Shown here one piece after another: positions 27,728-39,200 of a DNA stretch of 64,000 nucleotides (positions are counted from its first letter, which is position 1; every line of letters starts with the position of its first letter). The stretch lies in NCBI GenBank assembly GCA_964016885.1, contig OZ024744.1, forward strand, positions 84,754,001 through 84,818,000. Direction: 5' to 3'. The stretch is from Eledone cirrhosa. Its lineage: Eukaryota. The translations under genes were made by a program, and so were the position numbers. The notes beneath the pieces were generated by a model. The model saw only the letters and a list, made by a program, of their open reading frames with translations, was not told the origin of the DNA and searched no databases.

Positions 27728-29581
27728 TCAGTGACTGTCCATGAAAGGTATGTTAACATTGTCGTAAATGCTAACTTTGGAAGAACTAGTCGGCTGGAAA
27801 GTCATGGGTCTCTTGGCTGACGGGTATTGAAGCGGAGCCGGTTCTGGTGGGTTGTCCATATCTTGCAACCACTGACGCCTCGGGTAGGTACCCGTTCCAG
27901 ACATGTTGTCGGCTTCGTCATAATCATCATCTTCATGTTGGCTGGAACTCGTTGAACGCACGACGGTCGACGATGTCACGTTATACCCGGTCTGTTTCGA
28001 AATTGGCGAGACACCACCACCCTCATGTCCTTGACCTTGACCTTGAAGCAACGGGGTACGTTCTAGAGTAGCCATTGGTGTTGAGTGCATAGAATCTTCA
28101 ATAGTCGATCGAAATTGTTGTGATTGTTGCAAGTGCTGCTGCTGTTGTTGCTGGTGTTGCTGTTGTTGTTGTTGTTGTTGTTGTTTCTGCTGCTGCAACA
28201 ACAGTTCTTGCTGTTTTTGTTGACGAAGTTGTTGTTCCAGTTGTTGTTGTTGAAGTTGCATTTGTTGTTGAAATTGTTGATGTTTCTGTTGCGTCTGCTG
28301 CTGCTGTTGTTGCTGCGCTTCTTGCTGTCGTTGTAGAAATTGCTGTTGTTGTTGTTGCAACAACTGTTGTTGTTGTTCTTGTAATTGCTGCTGTTGTTGC
28401 TGCAGCTGCTGGTAATACTGATTCCGAGCTAAGGATAAATCAGTGCTATGTTGCCGCGAGGTAGTCGCATACTTACTGCTACTTGCGGCACCGGAAGACG
28501 AAGTTAGTGCGGTACCGGGTATCGGTTCACTCGGCTGATATTGGTGAAGAGAACGCGGTGCCGTTGCGTATCCGCTGACCGGTATGTTGGACGAAGGTCC
28601 CTGAAACTGTCCGTGTAGAGACTGGTCAGGTGAAGCTTGACCAGCAGAGGATGACATAAAGCTGCTTTGGGCTGAGGAGCTCTGCTGTTGTTGGTGCTGC
28701 TGTTGTTGGTGCTGCTGTTGATAGTGTTGCTGTTGTTGATGATGATGATGATGATGTTGTTGCTGTTGCGATTGCAACGTTGATAATGCTTCTGATCCTT
28801 CTCCACTGAAAGCTACACTACTACCACCGCCGCCGCCGCCACCACCACCTCCACCACCACCACCACCACCAACAACAACAGACACACCGGTACCGCCAAC
28901 TCCAGCACTACTGGTACCATCACTGCTAATGTGAACGCTATCGACAAAACCACCGCTACCTGCGGCTACACCAGTACCACTTCCTCCAGCGGCAGTAGCA
29001 GTTGTGATAGCAGCACCACTACTTGCGCTTCTGAAACCACCACCACCACCACCACCACCACCACCACTACCAGTGGAACTAACATCTGGAAGATTCTGAA
29101 CAGGTTCATAATCAGAGTTAGTTGAACGGCCAGATTGTTCTTCTTTTGAAGAGGATCTTCCTTGGCCTTTAATTTGTGTGGGTTGGTAATGGTGATGTTG
29201 TGGCTGATATCCTGTCTGCATGTTTGCTGAACCGGAACCGGAACCGGAACCAGAACCAGAACCAGAACCAGCACCAGAAGCAGAAACAGAAACAGAACCC
29301 GAACCAGCTTCCGCACCCGAAATTAATTTAGTTTTTTCATCTTGAGGAACCACAATTGTGGGTACGGTACGTTCTTTACCATGCCCATCATTCACCTGCA
29401 TAGTTGGCGCAATTCTTACTCTCTTTGGAGAAGGAGCGGTTTGCTTGTAGGATCTTGTAGGATAGCCTCCATCAACTGTCTCTAAACTGTATATCGATGG
29501 TGATGCTTCACCAACAGCTGTTAACGGTTGTTGTAATCCATCACTCTTCCCAAGACCTTTAGTTTCAGTAGCGAAATCATT
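27728..29581 (-). CDS. Terminal coding exon (617 aa + stop, phase 0) of an unidentified multi-exon gene; low-complexity polyQ/polyG/GS protein ending ...SIYDNVNIPFMDSH
   Basis: Polypyrimidine tract + CAG acceptor ending at 29582 on the minus strand. Reading frame is open from NDFATETKGLG through the 557-aa ORF to the TGA at 27728. Repeats are codon-mixed. Confidence 0.75.
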   Translation of the reverse strand, partial: NDFATETKGLGKSDGLQQPLTAVGEASPSIYSLETVDGGYPTRSYKQTAPSPKRVRIAPTMQVNDGHGKERTVPTIVVPQDEKTKLISGAEAGSGSVSVSASGAGSGSGSGSGSGSGSANMQTGYQPQHHHYQPTQIKGQGRSSSKEEQSGRSTNSDYEPVQNLPDVSSTGSGGGGGGGGGGFRSASSGAAITTATAAGGSGTGVAAGSGGFVDSVHISSDGTSSAGVGGTGVSVVVGGGGGGGGGGGGGGGGSSVAFSGEGSEALSTLQSQQQQHHHHHHQQQQHYQQQHQQQQHQQQQSSSAQSSFMSSSAGQASPDQSLHGQFQGPSSNIPVSGYATAPRSLHQYQPSEPIPGTALTSSSGAASSSKYATTSRQHSTDLSLARNQYYQQLQQQQQQLQEQQQQLLQQQQQQFLQRQQEAQQQQQQQTQQKHQQFQQQMQLQQQQLEQQLRQQKQQELLLQQQKQQQQQQQQQHQQQQQQHLQQSQQFRSTIEDSMHSTPMATLERTPLLQGQGQGHEGGGVSPISKQTGYNVTSSTVVRSTSSSQHEDDDYDEADNMSGTGTYPRRQWLQDMDNPPEPAPLQYPSAKRPMTFQPTSSSKVSIYDNVNIPFMDSH

Positions 29582-31214
29582 CTGAAAAGAGAGAGAGAAG
29601 AAAAAAATTAAATTAAATACTATATATATATTGTACGCAAACTGCAGATAAAGTCAGCCACACATGCATTAATTTCAGCTCTTCTTATTAATAACTGCAT
29701 TGTTTCTTTTTAGGAGGGACTATGTTGAAACAGTAAACCTCATTTGGTCATTCCACGAGACAGCCCTTCCCGGACATACCTATTTTCCTTCGGAAACTCT
29801 CCCCCCGTCGATGGATGTGAAATCCGAAATATGGAGACCAATAAATCTCTTCCAATAAATCTATCCTTGGTTTTCTTTTTACGCCTTTTTTTTTAACGTT
29901 TTTTATTCCTACTGCCACCTGATTTTGTTAACCGGAGATTTACCCATCTGCATTATAGAGGCTTCCAAAACGAACATTTTAACTATATATATATATACAG
30001 TATATATATAACTATATATATGTTGGGTGGCTGTTGCAGCGGGTGTCACTGGCCATTGTCCGCGGGAATACTTTTGCGGTCTTGTCCAAGGGGCACAGCA
30101 CTTTTTCCCTCTTGCCCTAGGCGCAAAGCCCAACCCCCTAACCCTTCTCTTCTTCGACACCATTCTCTGCAGTAACGCTCTTGTCATTTTGTCCGCGGGG
30201 CGCGGCAGAGACGCCACTCAGACAGAGGTGTAGTGCTTGTCCCCTCTGCCGCTTCTTTCGTTGCTAGATCCTTCTTTCCTTTTCCATTTCTCATTTTCCT
30301 TTTCTTTTTTTTCTTGTTCTCTTTCTGATCCCTTTAGTAGTGTGTTTTGTTTTATTAGATACTGCTCAATTATATTTATATAATGTCAATGTCCTTTCAT
30401 GGCATTATGAGTTTTTGTATTTTGAATAAACATGTAGGTGATAATTATATATCGCTTGACAATCCTTATGCATTCTCAAATAGCTCGTCCAAATCAATCA
30501 AATTTTACAAGGTAATAGATCCCGGGATTAAGAATATGTATTTTAAAAATATGTATTTTAAAAATATGTATTTTAACAATATGTATTTTACAAGGTATTA
30601 GATCCAGGGATTAACAATATGTAATTTTTATTTTCATTTGGATTAAAACAACATAACACTTTATCTAAAATAATATAGTATAGACAACTAAGTAAACGGA
30701 TATTTTATTACACGACGACAACGTCACATTTTGTATATGAATGTGCATGTGTCTATGCGTCTGTGAATGTTTGCGCGTTCGTGACGTGCGTTACGCTTTA
30801 TTAAATTACATACACACACACACACACACATCTTCATGTAAATATTTAATCAGATGCACAGAGATTTAAACACAGACGCACATCTACACATACATATACA
30901 TATGTGGCGACTGACAAGTATATGTGTGTGAGTGTGTGTGAAAGTGTATGTGTGTGTGCGCGTATACATACATTTCTGTGACGACTGACATAACGAAACG
31001 TTATAAGTGAAACTCTATGTGTGTGTTTGTATAAATGTATAACTGTGTGTTTTTTATCGGTTGTGCGTGTTTGTATGAACACACACACATCTACACATTC
31101 ATTTATATGTGTGTGAGTGTATGCGTCTGTGAATTAATATACACTGCATAAAAGAATAAAGGTTAAAATATATTTCTTATGGATGTTGATACTTATTTGT
31201 TTACAATATTGAAA

Positions 31215-31662
31215 AAAAAAATGTCTTTATTCCAAAAATTCCTCTCATATCTACAGATGTTCCATTTAAATTTAAAAGGCTTCAGTTTCCAGTCAAACTA
31301 AGTTTTGTTATTTCAATTAACAAATCCCAGGGTCAATCCCTCAAGGTAGTTGGACTTGATCTCTCAACTACGTTTCTCCCACGGTCAACTCTATGTTGGT
31401 TGCTCACGAATTGGAAGCAGCGACAATTTATTCATTTGGGCACCAACAAAAAATTACACAATGAATATTTTTTACCATGAGGTGCTTCAAGATTGACAGA
31501 TTTTCATTTCTAAATTCTATTATCATTACAAATTTGATACTTCTTTTTATAAAATAAAGGTATTTTGAAATAATTATAAGAAAAAAAAAATCTTCATATT
31601 TATTGTTTACTAATCTGAATAAGAACAGCAGTAACCCGGGGAACGCCGCGTCATTCAGCTAC
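31215..31662 (+). mobile_element. Helitron 3' fragment (PIF1-like helicase C-terminus + 3' hairpin)
   Basis: FIPKIPL...FKRLQFPVKLSF..SINKSQGQSL..VGLDL..FSHGQLYVGCSR; CCCGGGGAACGCCGCG...CAGCTAC end. Confidence 0.85.
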
Positions 31663-31747
31663 TATATCTATCATATTGAACTAGTAAAAGCCCGTAGCTA
31701 CGCTGCCAGTAAACCACACACACACAATCACACACACCACACACACA

Positions 31748-31778
<31 letters not shown>

Positions 31779-32074
31779 CACAAATAGAAAAATAACTATA
31801 TATAACTATATGTATTATATATATACATATAAGTGTGATAGAAAAATGTCATGGTCTTATTGAAGTCTGTTACCTTGTATATATGTTGAAGGACACACAT
31901 TCACATACACACAGACACACACACGCACACACAACACACACACACACGCACTCACACACATGCACACGTTCTTTTTCACTTGATTAAAAGATTAAAAACA
32001 CGCTAATAGCAAGTCTGTCAACACGTTAGTTTCTATGGTGCAAACAATGTATCTATCTATCTATCTATCTATCT

Positions 32075-33344
32075 CCTGCCCAAGGGAAACCCTCACCAAG
32101 ATGGAGCGCGCGCTCTTCCAATTCCTTTGGAAGAGGCGGGCTCCTATGGTGAGGAGATCCATCTGCTGTCAACACCCTTCGAAAGGAGGGCTGGGGATGC
32201 CGTGGCTAATGATGCGTAAACACGCATTAAGGCTACGGCACCTCTACGTATTCCTCACCGGACAACCGGTGTGGGCCTCGTTTGTGAGACGAACCTTTCC
32301 CAGACTCGTCTCACTCACCGAGCTGCAATCCTGGGTCAAGCAAAGACCGAGAAAACTGGGCGCCTGGCACACTGAGTGTGCCCAGGCGTCACCGCCCTCT
32401 GGCAGGCGGATCCGGTTATCAGTGGGGACTCCACCGCAACATTCTATAGAGGGCTGGTACGCAGCAGGTGCGACGACGCCCTCGGAGAAGCCCTAGACAT
32501 GGAGGAGGACGAACTGGCCAGCCTGTTCGGTAGGACATTCAGCCCGGGACCTATGGACAACTTCCAGAAGTCCCTGGCCTGGCAGTGCTACCGAGGGGCT
32601 TTACCCGTTCGAGAAAGGCTCTACAGACACGGGCGCCCGGGTAGGGACCCCGCCAAAAAGATCTGTCCCAGATGCGTGTGCGACGAGGAAACCGTTGCAC
32701 ACGCATTGGTACACTGCTCGGGCGTAGCCGATCTGTGGGGCTATGTCGAACAACTGCTGTCAAGGGTGGGACCGATCCGGTTGACCACCGAGTCTATTGT
32801 AATGATCAAGCCGCCTCCCCCCTTCAAAGATGAAGCAGAGGCGGTGTTTCTGTGCGTAATAGCCATGGCGAAAGAGGTTGTATGGTGGACGCGTCTGAAA
32901 GGACTGAGGTCAGGCACCTTTCTCTCTGGCCAACAATTGGTCCGTTTCTTCCGATATCATTTCGGAAGAAGGATCAGGATGGAGAGAGAGGTGCTGCACC
33001 CCAGTCGTTTTTATGAAAGGTGGGTGAAAGTGGCGAGAATGGCCCGTGTGAATGGGCCTTCTCTTTACATAAGCCTGTAGGTGGAAAAGAGGAAGGAACG
33101 AGGGAGCACCCCCTCTCTGTGCTCCTGAGGAAAAGGGTTGCACACTTTTTTCGGGGGTGTGTGCGACCCCCCAAGGCGCCTCCTCTCTATTGAGGATTTT
33201 GTTAAAAATTTTATTTTTTGTTATATCTTATTTTATTTTTATATTTTGTTATTGCCTCCTCCTTATTGAGGACGCCTTTTTGTGTAAACTCCCCCCTTTG
33301 TACTTGTCCCACTTTTGATGCCCTAGTGGCAAATAAAAGAAACA
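32075..33344 (+). mobile_element. Tx1/L1-clade LINE, 5'-truncated copy 1, between (ATCT)n tracts
   Basis: GGLG thumb, CPRC..ETVAHALVHC zinc finger. Near-identical to 34931-36201. Confidence 0.9.
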
Positions 33345-33385
<41 letters not shown>

Positions 33386-33386
<1 letters not shown>

Positions 33387-36201
33387 GTAAGGTTCTAGCT
33401 GCGGATAGGAATAGGAAGGAAAGGGAGCTAATAGATAGAGTAGAAGAGGCAATTAGAAGCGGCGACGTGGCCAGAGTGCTAGCGTCGAGAACGGCTTTGA
33501 GCCAGTTTTTCGACGCGAAGCACGAAGGCTGCGTTGTCCGAAGTAAAATACGTGCTCTAGGGAACGAGGGGACCAAAGCTGTTAGCTGGGCCCGCGTGAC
33601 AGAGGCCAACAGTGGAACTAAATCCACCATCCGGTCTTTGCGAGACCTGGATGGACGGGCGATTCTTGAGCCTAAGCAGATGTGTGAGGCCTTTCAAAGG
33701 CACTTTGCCCGACTGTTCGGGAGGGGCGGGGAGCCGGTTGGGAACGTGGACTTCGGTCCATACCTCGACGGCCTGCCGCGCCTCTCGGGCAGGGAGGCGA
33801 AGTCCTGCGAGGAGCCGATTTCGGCCGCTGAGATAGAGGACGTGCTGAGCCAATGCGGCAAACGCAAATCCCCGGGTCTCGATGGTCTTCCTTACGAATT
33901 ATATCTAGCTATGCCCGACTTGTTCCCCGATCTCCTCGAGGCGGTCTACTGCAACTGGCAACAGAACGGGAGAATTCCCTGTACTGTGACCAAGAGCGTA
34001 GTCACGCTAGTGAGGAAGGACGAGAACAAGGGGGACGAAATAAGTAACTTCAGGCCCATAACTCTGCTAAATACAGAGTTACAGATTTTGGCCAAGGTGC
34101 TAGCAAAGAGGTTGGCGCTTGTCGTGGGCAACCTGGTGGGAGATGCGCAGACATGCGCTATCCCGTCCAGGTCCATCCATGACAACCTCCACCTCATGCG
34201 ATACATCATAGAGAGGGTTGGGAACGAACCCGGCTTTGGTGGGGCTCTGATCAACTTGGATCAATCTAAGGCGTTCGATAGGGTCGACCATGGTTACCTG
34301 GATGCGGTGCTAGCGGCGGCAGGCTTCGGACCCGTTTTCAGGGGCTGGATCACTGCTATGCACAGCAGCCGCATCTGCTCTAGGGTCAAGGTGAACGGCT
34401 ACCTCTCGGAGCCGTTCAAAATCGCGCGGTCCATCCGACAAGGGTGCCCTCTCTCCTCCCTTCTGTATGTGTTGACTCTCGAGCCACTACTGCGGAAGTT
34501 GGAGTTGTTGCAGGGCATCCCTTTGGAACCGGGATTGCGGAAAGCGGTGTCGGCCTACGCCGATGACGTGACTATAATGGTGTCGACGGCCTCCGAAATC
34601 GAGGCGGTCGGCACCTTACTGGAGGAGTACGAAAAGTTCACAGGGGCTAAGCTGAACCGGGACAAGTCGATCGGTTTGCAACTCGGCACGTGGAGGGGAA
34701 GACCGATGCCCTCCGATGGCGTCGTCGGACGCTGGACGGAGGGCCCGGTGAAGTTGCTCGGGGTCTGGTTCGGACCGGACCTCCAGGTGGAGAAAAACTG
34801 GGCGGAGGTTACGAACAGGGTGTTTGCACTGACCCAGAAGTGGGCCAGTTGCAAACTATCCCTGAAAGGTCGGGCGGAGGTGGCGAACACCTACATAGCG
34901 TCCGTCATCTACTACCGCCTGACCGTAGTGCCCTGCCCAAGGGAAACCCTCACCAAGATGGAGCGCGCGCTCTTCCAATTCCTTTGGAAGAGGCGGGCTC
35001 CTATGGTGAGGAGATCCATCTGCTGTCAACACCCTTCGAAAGGAGGGCTGGGGATGCCGTGGCTAATGATGCGTAAACACGCATTAAGGCTACGGCACCT
35101 CTACGTATTCCTCACCGGACAACCGGTGTGGGCCTCGTTTGTGAGACGAACCTTTCCCAGACTCGTCTCACTCACCGAGCTGCAATCCTGGGTCAAGCAA
35201 AGACCGAGAAAACAGGGCGCCTGGCACACTGAGTGTGCCCAGGCGCTCACCGCCCTCTGGCAGGCGGATCCGGTAATCAGTGGAGACTCCACCGCAACAT
35301 TCTATAGAGGGCTGGTACGCAGCAGGTGCGACGACGCCCTCGGAGAAGCCCTAGACATGGAGGAGAACGAACTGGCCAGCCTGTTCGGGAGGACATTCAG
35401 CCCGGGACCTATGGACAACTTCCAGAAGTCCCTGGCCTGGCAGTGCTACCGAGGGGCTTTACCCGTTCGAGAAAGGCTCTACAGACACGGGCGCCCGGGT
35501 AGGGACCCCGCCAAAAAGATCTGTCCCAGATGCGTGTGCGACGAGGAAACCGTTGCACACGCATTGGTACACTGCTCGGGCGTAGCCGATCTGTGGGGCT
35601 ATGTCGAACAACTGCTGTCAAGGGTGAGACCGATCCGGTTGACCACCGAGTCTATTGTAATGATCAAGCCGCCTCCCCCCTTCAAAGATGAAGCAGAGGC
35701 GGTGATTCTGTGCGTAATAGCCATGGCGAAAGAGGTTGTATGGTGGACGCGTCTGAAAGGACTGAGGTCAGGCACCTTTCTCTCTGGCCAACAACTGGTC
35801 CGTTTCTTCCGATATCATTTCGGAAGAAGGATCAGGATGGAGAGAGAGGTGCTGCACCCCAGCCGTTTCTATGAAAGATGGGTGAAAGTGGCGAGAATGG
35901 CCCGTGTGAATGGGCCTTCACTCTACATCAGACTATAGGTAAGGAAGATGAAAGACCAAGGGAGCACCCCTTCTCTGTGCTCCTGAGGAGAAGGGTTGCA
36001 CACTTTTTTCGGGGGTGTGTGCGACCCCCCAAGGCGCCTCCTCTCTATTGAGGATTTTGTTATAATTCTATTTTTTGTTATATCTTATTTTATTTTTATA
36101 TTTTGTTATTGCCTCCTCCTTATTGAGGACGCCTTTTTGTGTAAACTCCCCCCTTTGTACTTGTCCCACTTTTGATGCCCTAGTTGCAAATAAAAGAAAC
36201 A
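33386..36201 (+). mobile_element. Tx1/L1-clade LINE, 5'-truncated copy 2 with an uninterrupted ORF2 RT-to-C-terminus (33386-35938)
   Basis: KSPGLDG, FRPITLLN, LDQSKAFDRVDH, RQGCPLS, YADD, CCHC finger. (ATCT)n on both sides. Confidence 0.95.
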
Positions 36202-36266
<65 letters not shown>

Positions 36267-36278
36267 CTCTCTCTCTAT

Positions 36279-39200
36279 CAGACGTGTGTAACTTCGCGGA
36301 GAAGTTTCCGTTATTTTATGTAAGAAAAAAACGTGAGTTTTCAGTTAAATTTTATATTATTTGTGTAACTTGACTACTCGTCTGGACCTTCAGGTGGTGG
36401 GTCAACTCATTTTCGCCCCTTCAGGAGCGAAATATTCGTTTGAAAAATTTTTCTCCATCGAATTTTGGAAAAAATATCGTAAGAAGTTTGATTACGTTAT
36501 GAACGCTGCGTTCGGCGATAATGGTGGTGGAGAGTCGGTAAGACTACATAGCTCGCAGTCAACATCGTCTTCTTCTCTAGATACTATGGAGATTGAAAGA
36601 CGAAATGAAATTGTAAAAACAAATTCATATCCAAACAACACAAATGACACTAAACAGTACAATGACAACAAAAATAACAACAACAACACCAATAATGATG
36701 ATAAAAACAACAATGACAACAACAACAAAGAAAAAATAAAGACAACACCAATAATACCAGCATCAAAGACAACAACAACACCAACACCAACACCAAGGAA
36801 AATACGAATAATATCAACATCAGTGACAACAAGAATAACAACAAGAATAACAACAATAAGGACAACATCACCAACATGGATAATTCCACAAAGAAACCAA
36901 AAATCTCCTTTGCACAGACAGTTCAGAAAAAGGAGGAACTGACATATCTTGACATAACAAATGCCGAACAACTTTTAAAGGACGCTAAGAGATATGTCAC
37001 TTTCGAAAAGAATGGTGCTTTCAGCATCAATTCTCCGGCAGCAATTCGCAAGGAAATTGCCCTCAAAACGATAGTTTTTAGGACAGTTTCCAATTCTACC
37101 CGAAAACCAGTCCAATTGTCACAGAAAGAAATTGAACTGGTTTGCAAAAATTCAATGAATGATATTTCATTCATTCAAAGAAGCAAACTCTTTGGGAGTA
37201 TTTCGGTACTCATGAAGGATCAATTGACGGCCCCAAATTACTCTGTGTCGCCAATTGTATCCAACCTGTATACCTTTTTCCCTACATACACGGGAAAAAG
37301 GACGCAAAAGATTAAAATCACGAGTGTCACACCAAATGTGAACATATGGTGGATACTGTGCGGCTTCATCAATTTTGATGAAGACAAAATACTGTCAGTA
37401 GGAAAGTCCCCCAGAGATGTATTCAATGGGACTAGCGTTGAAGTTCTGGTGCAAATGTGCCCAGAGCGAATAGCTATGATCCCACAACGTGTACTCCAGG
37501 ACGGACTCACCTACATAAACTTTTCGGTTGAGGGTAGGCGGCCTTCATGTTACCATTGCTTTAGCAGGGGTCACCTGAGGGCTCCCTGTTCTAAATTAAT
37601 GAGTAAAAAAAGACTCTTCTGCCGACACCCATCAAAACAACACAACCACCAACACCACCACCACAACAACAACAACAACAACACACGAAAATAACCACAA
37701 CAAACACAGTCCCACCCAACCCCACTCCATCTAAAACCACTGCAAAATCACATACAGACACAACAGCTCCCAAAGACATACACCTCCCCAATCACACAGA
37801 CGATACAACAGATGAGGCTATCTCGCCATCACCCAGTAAAAACGAGGGAGAACCCCATCGCTCGAAAAGAAAGAAAAGACATCACAAAAGCAAAAAACCA
37901 GCAAACACTACCACAAACATACAACCACCAACACAAAGAACAAAAACATCACAAACAAAACTCCCACCGCCTGAAAACAAAATCCCTACAACAAAACGTA
38001 AGCACACACAAGAAATACAGACAAAAACAAACACAACACAAGAAAATTACACTTACACTTACATAAACACTGAAAACAAAACACTAATAGAGACCATCAC
38101 GAACGAGCCTTCGGTGAAAACCGAAGGGAAAATTTTCGCCCACTCCATTAAAAATAACAAAAAACTGAACCTAAAACTGATTAGGGTCCCTATACAAACT
38201 TATAGGTCCCTAAAAGAAACATTTGAAAAGGATGTGGGGAATTCCTGCGTGAAACCACTTAACCGCGTCCTTCTCAAATGTCTCCCCACCCCAGACACCC
38301 CCATCCCACCAAACATCTCCGTCCCCACCCCGCCGGAAACCACCACCCATCCAGACAACCCCTCGAACACCCCATGGAAATCGTGCAGCCTGGTCCCCAG
38401 GAGACGAAGGGTGAGTGATTTATTTTCCTCTTTTAACTTTTCAGCATCAACATGGCCAATATAAGAGTTAGATGTGTGAACGTACGCGGCCTGGGGATGC
38501 CCTGGAAACAGGGCAAACTCTTAAACGACCTCAGGTCGAACAGTATGGATGTAGTAGCCATTTGCGAGTCCAGGATCCACAGCGAGCGACAGCTAGCCCC
38601 CATCTTCGATGACTTTGAGATCTACGCATCTCTCTGTCGGCCGGTTGGTGGGGGCGGGGTTGCCGTTTTGCTGCGAAAACACCTAGGCCTCGTAACACAG
38701 ACGGTACATCTGGATCCGGAGGGTCGACTGGTGGTCCTAGACGTTGACAGTAGTGAAGGTGGAGCATTCAGGCTGGTGGCTGCATATGCCCCATCCGGGA
38801 CACCGCGGCCAGACTTCTTCAAACGTCTAGAGACTTTTCTGGGAACGCCCCGCTCCTTGCTTTTAGTGGGGGACTGGAATGGAATCCTAGATGCACGTTG
38901 GGACTATGTGGGAGCATGTCCCGATAAAGGGGGGTGTAACAGCCTCAAACAGTTAATCGACCGATTTGACCTGGCCGATAGCTATCGACTAGATTTCCGA
39001 CTGTGCCACTGTGGACGTGGATTAATCGTAGCGGAACATCTAGATCGTACCTAGATAGGGTTCTAGTTAGAAATAAGGATAGGGACATGTTAAGCTGTCC
39101 ACAAATGTTCATGGTTGCCTATTCAGATCACAAACTAGTGACCTGCATGGCTAACCTTGATAGAACCCATAGACAAGGACCCGGCTACTGGAAGCTGAAC

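Noticed and set aside
29798-29836. HHR-like CCGTCGA-T-GGAT..ATCC-GAAATAT-GGAG
   Set aside because: Two core deviations and an unclear cleavage triplet and stem I; too degenerate to call.
30021-30653. Possible solo LTR (TGTTG...CAACA)
   Set aside because: No matching target-site duplication and no second copy in the window.
33218-33385. N-terminus of the 906-aa ORF
   Set aside because: It is read-through of copy 1's 3' UTR and the (ATCT)n tract (IYLSIYLS); real ORF2 homology begins near 33386.
36361-36942. 193-aa Asn/Thr-rich ORF as a separate gene
   Set aside because: Lies inside the Tx1 element; probably the frameshifted low-complexity start of ORF1 or 5' UTR.
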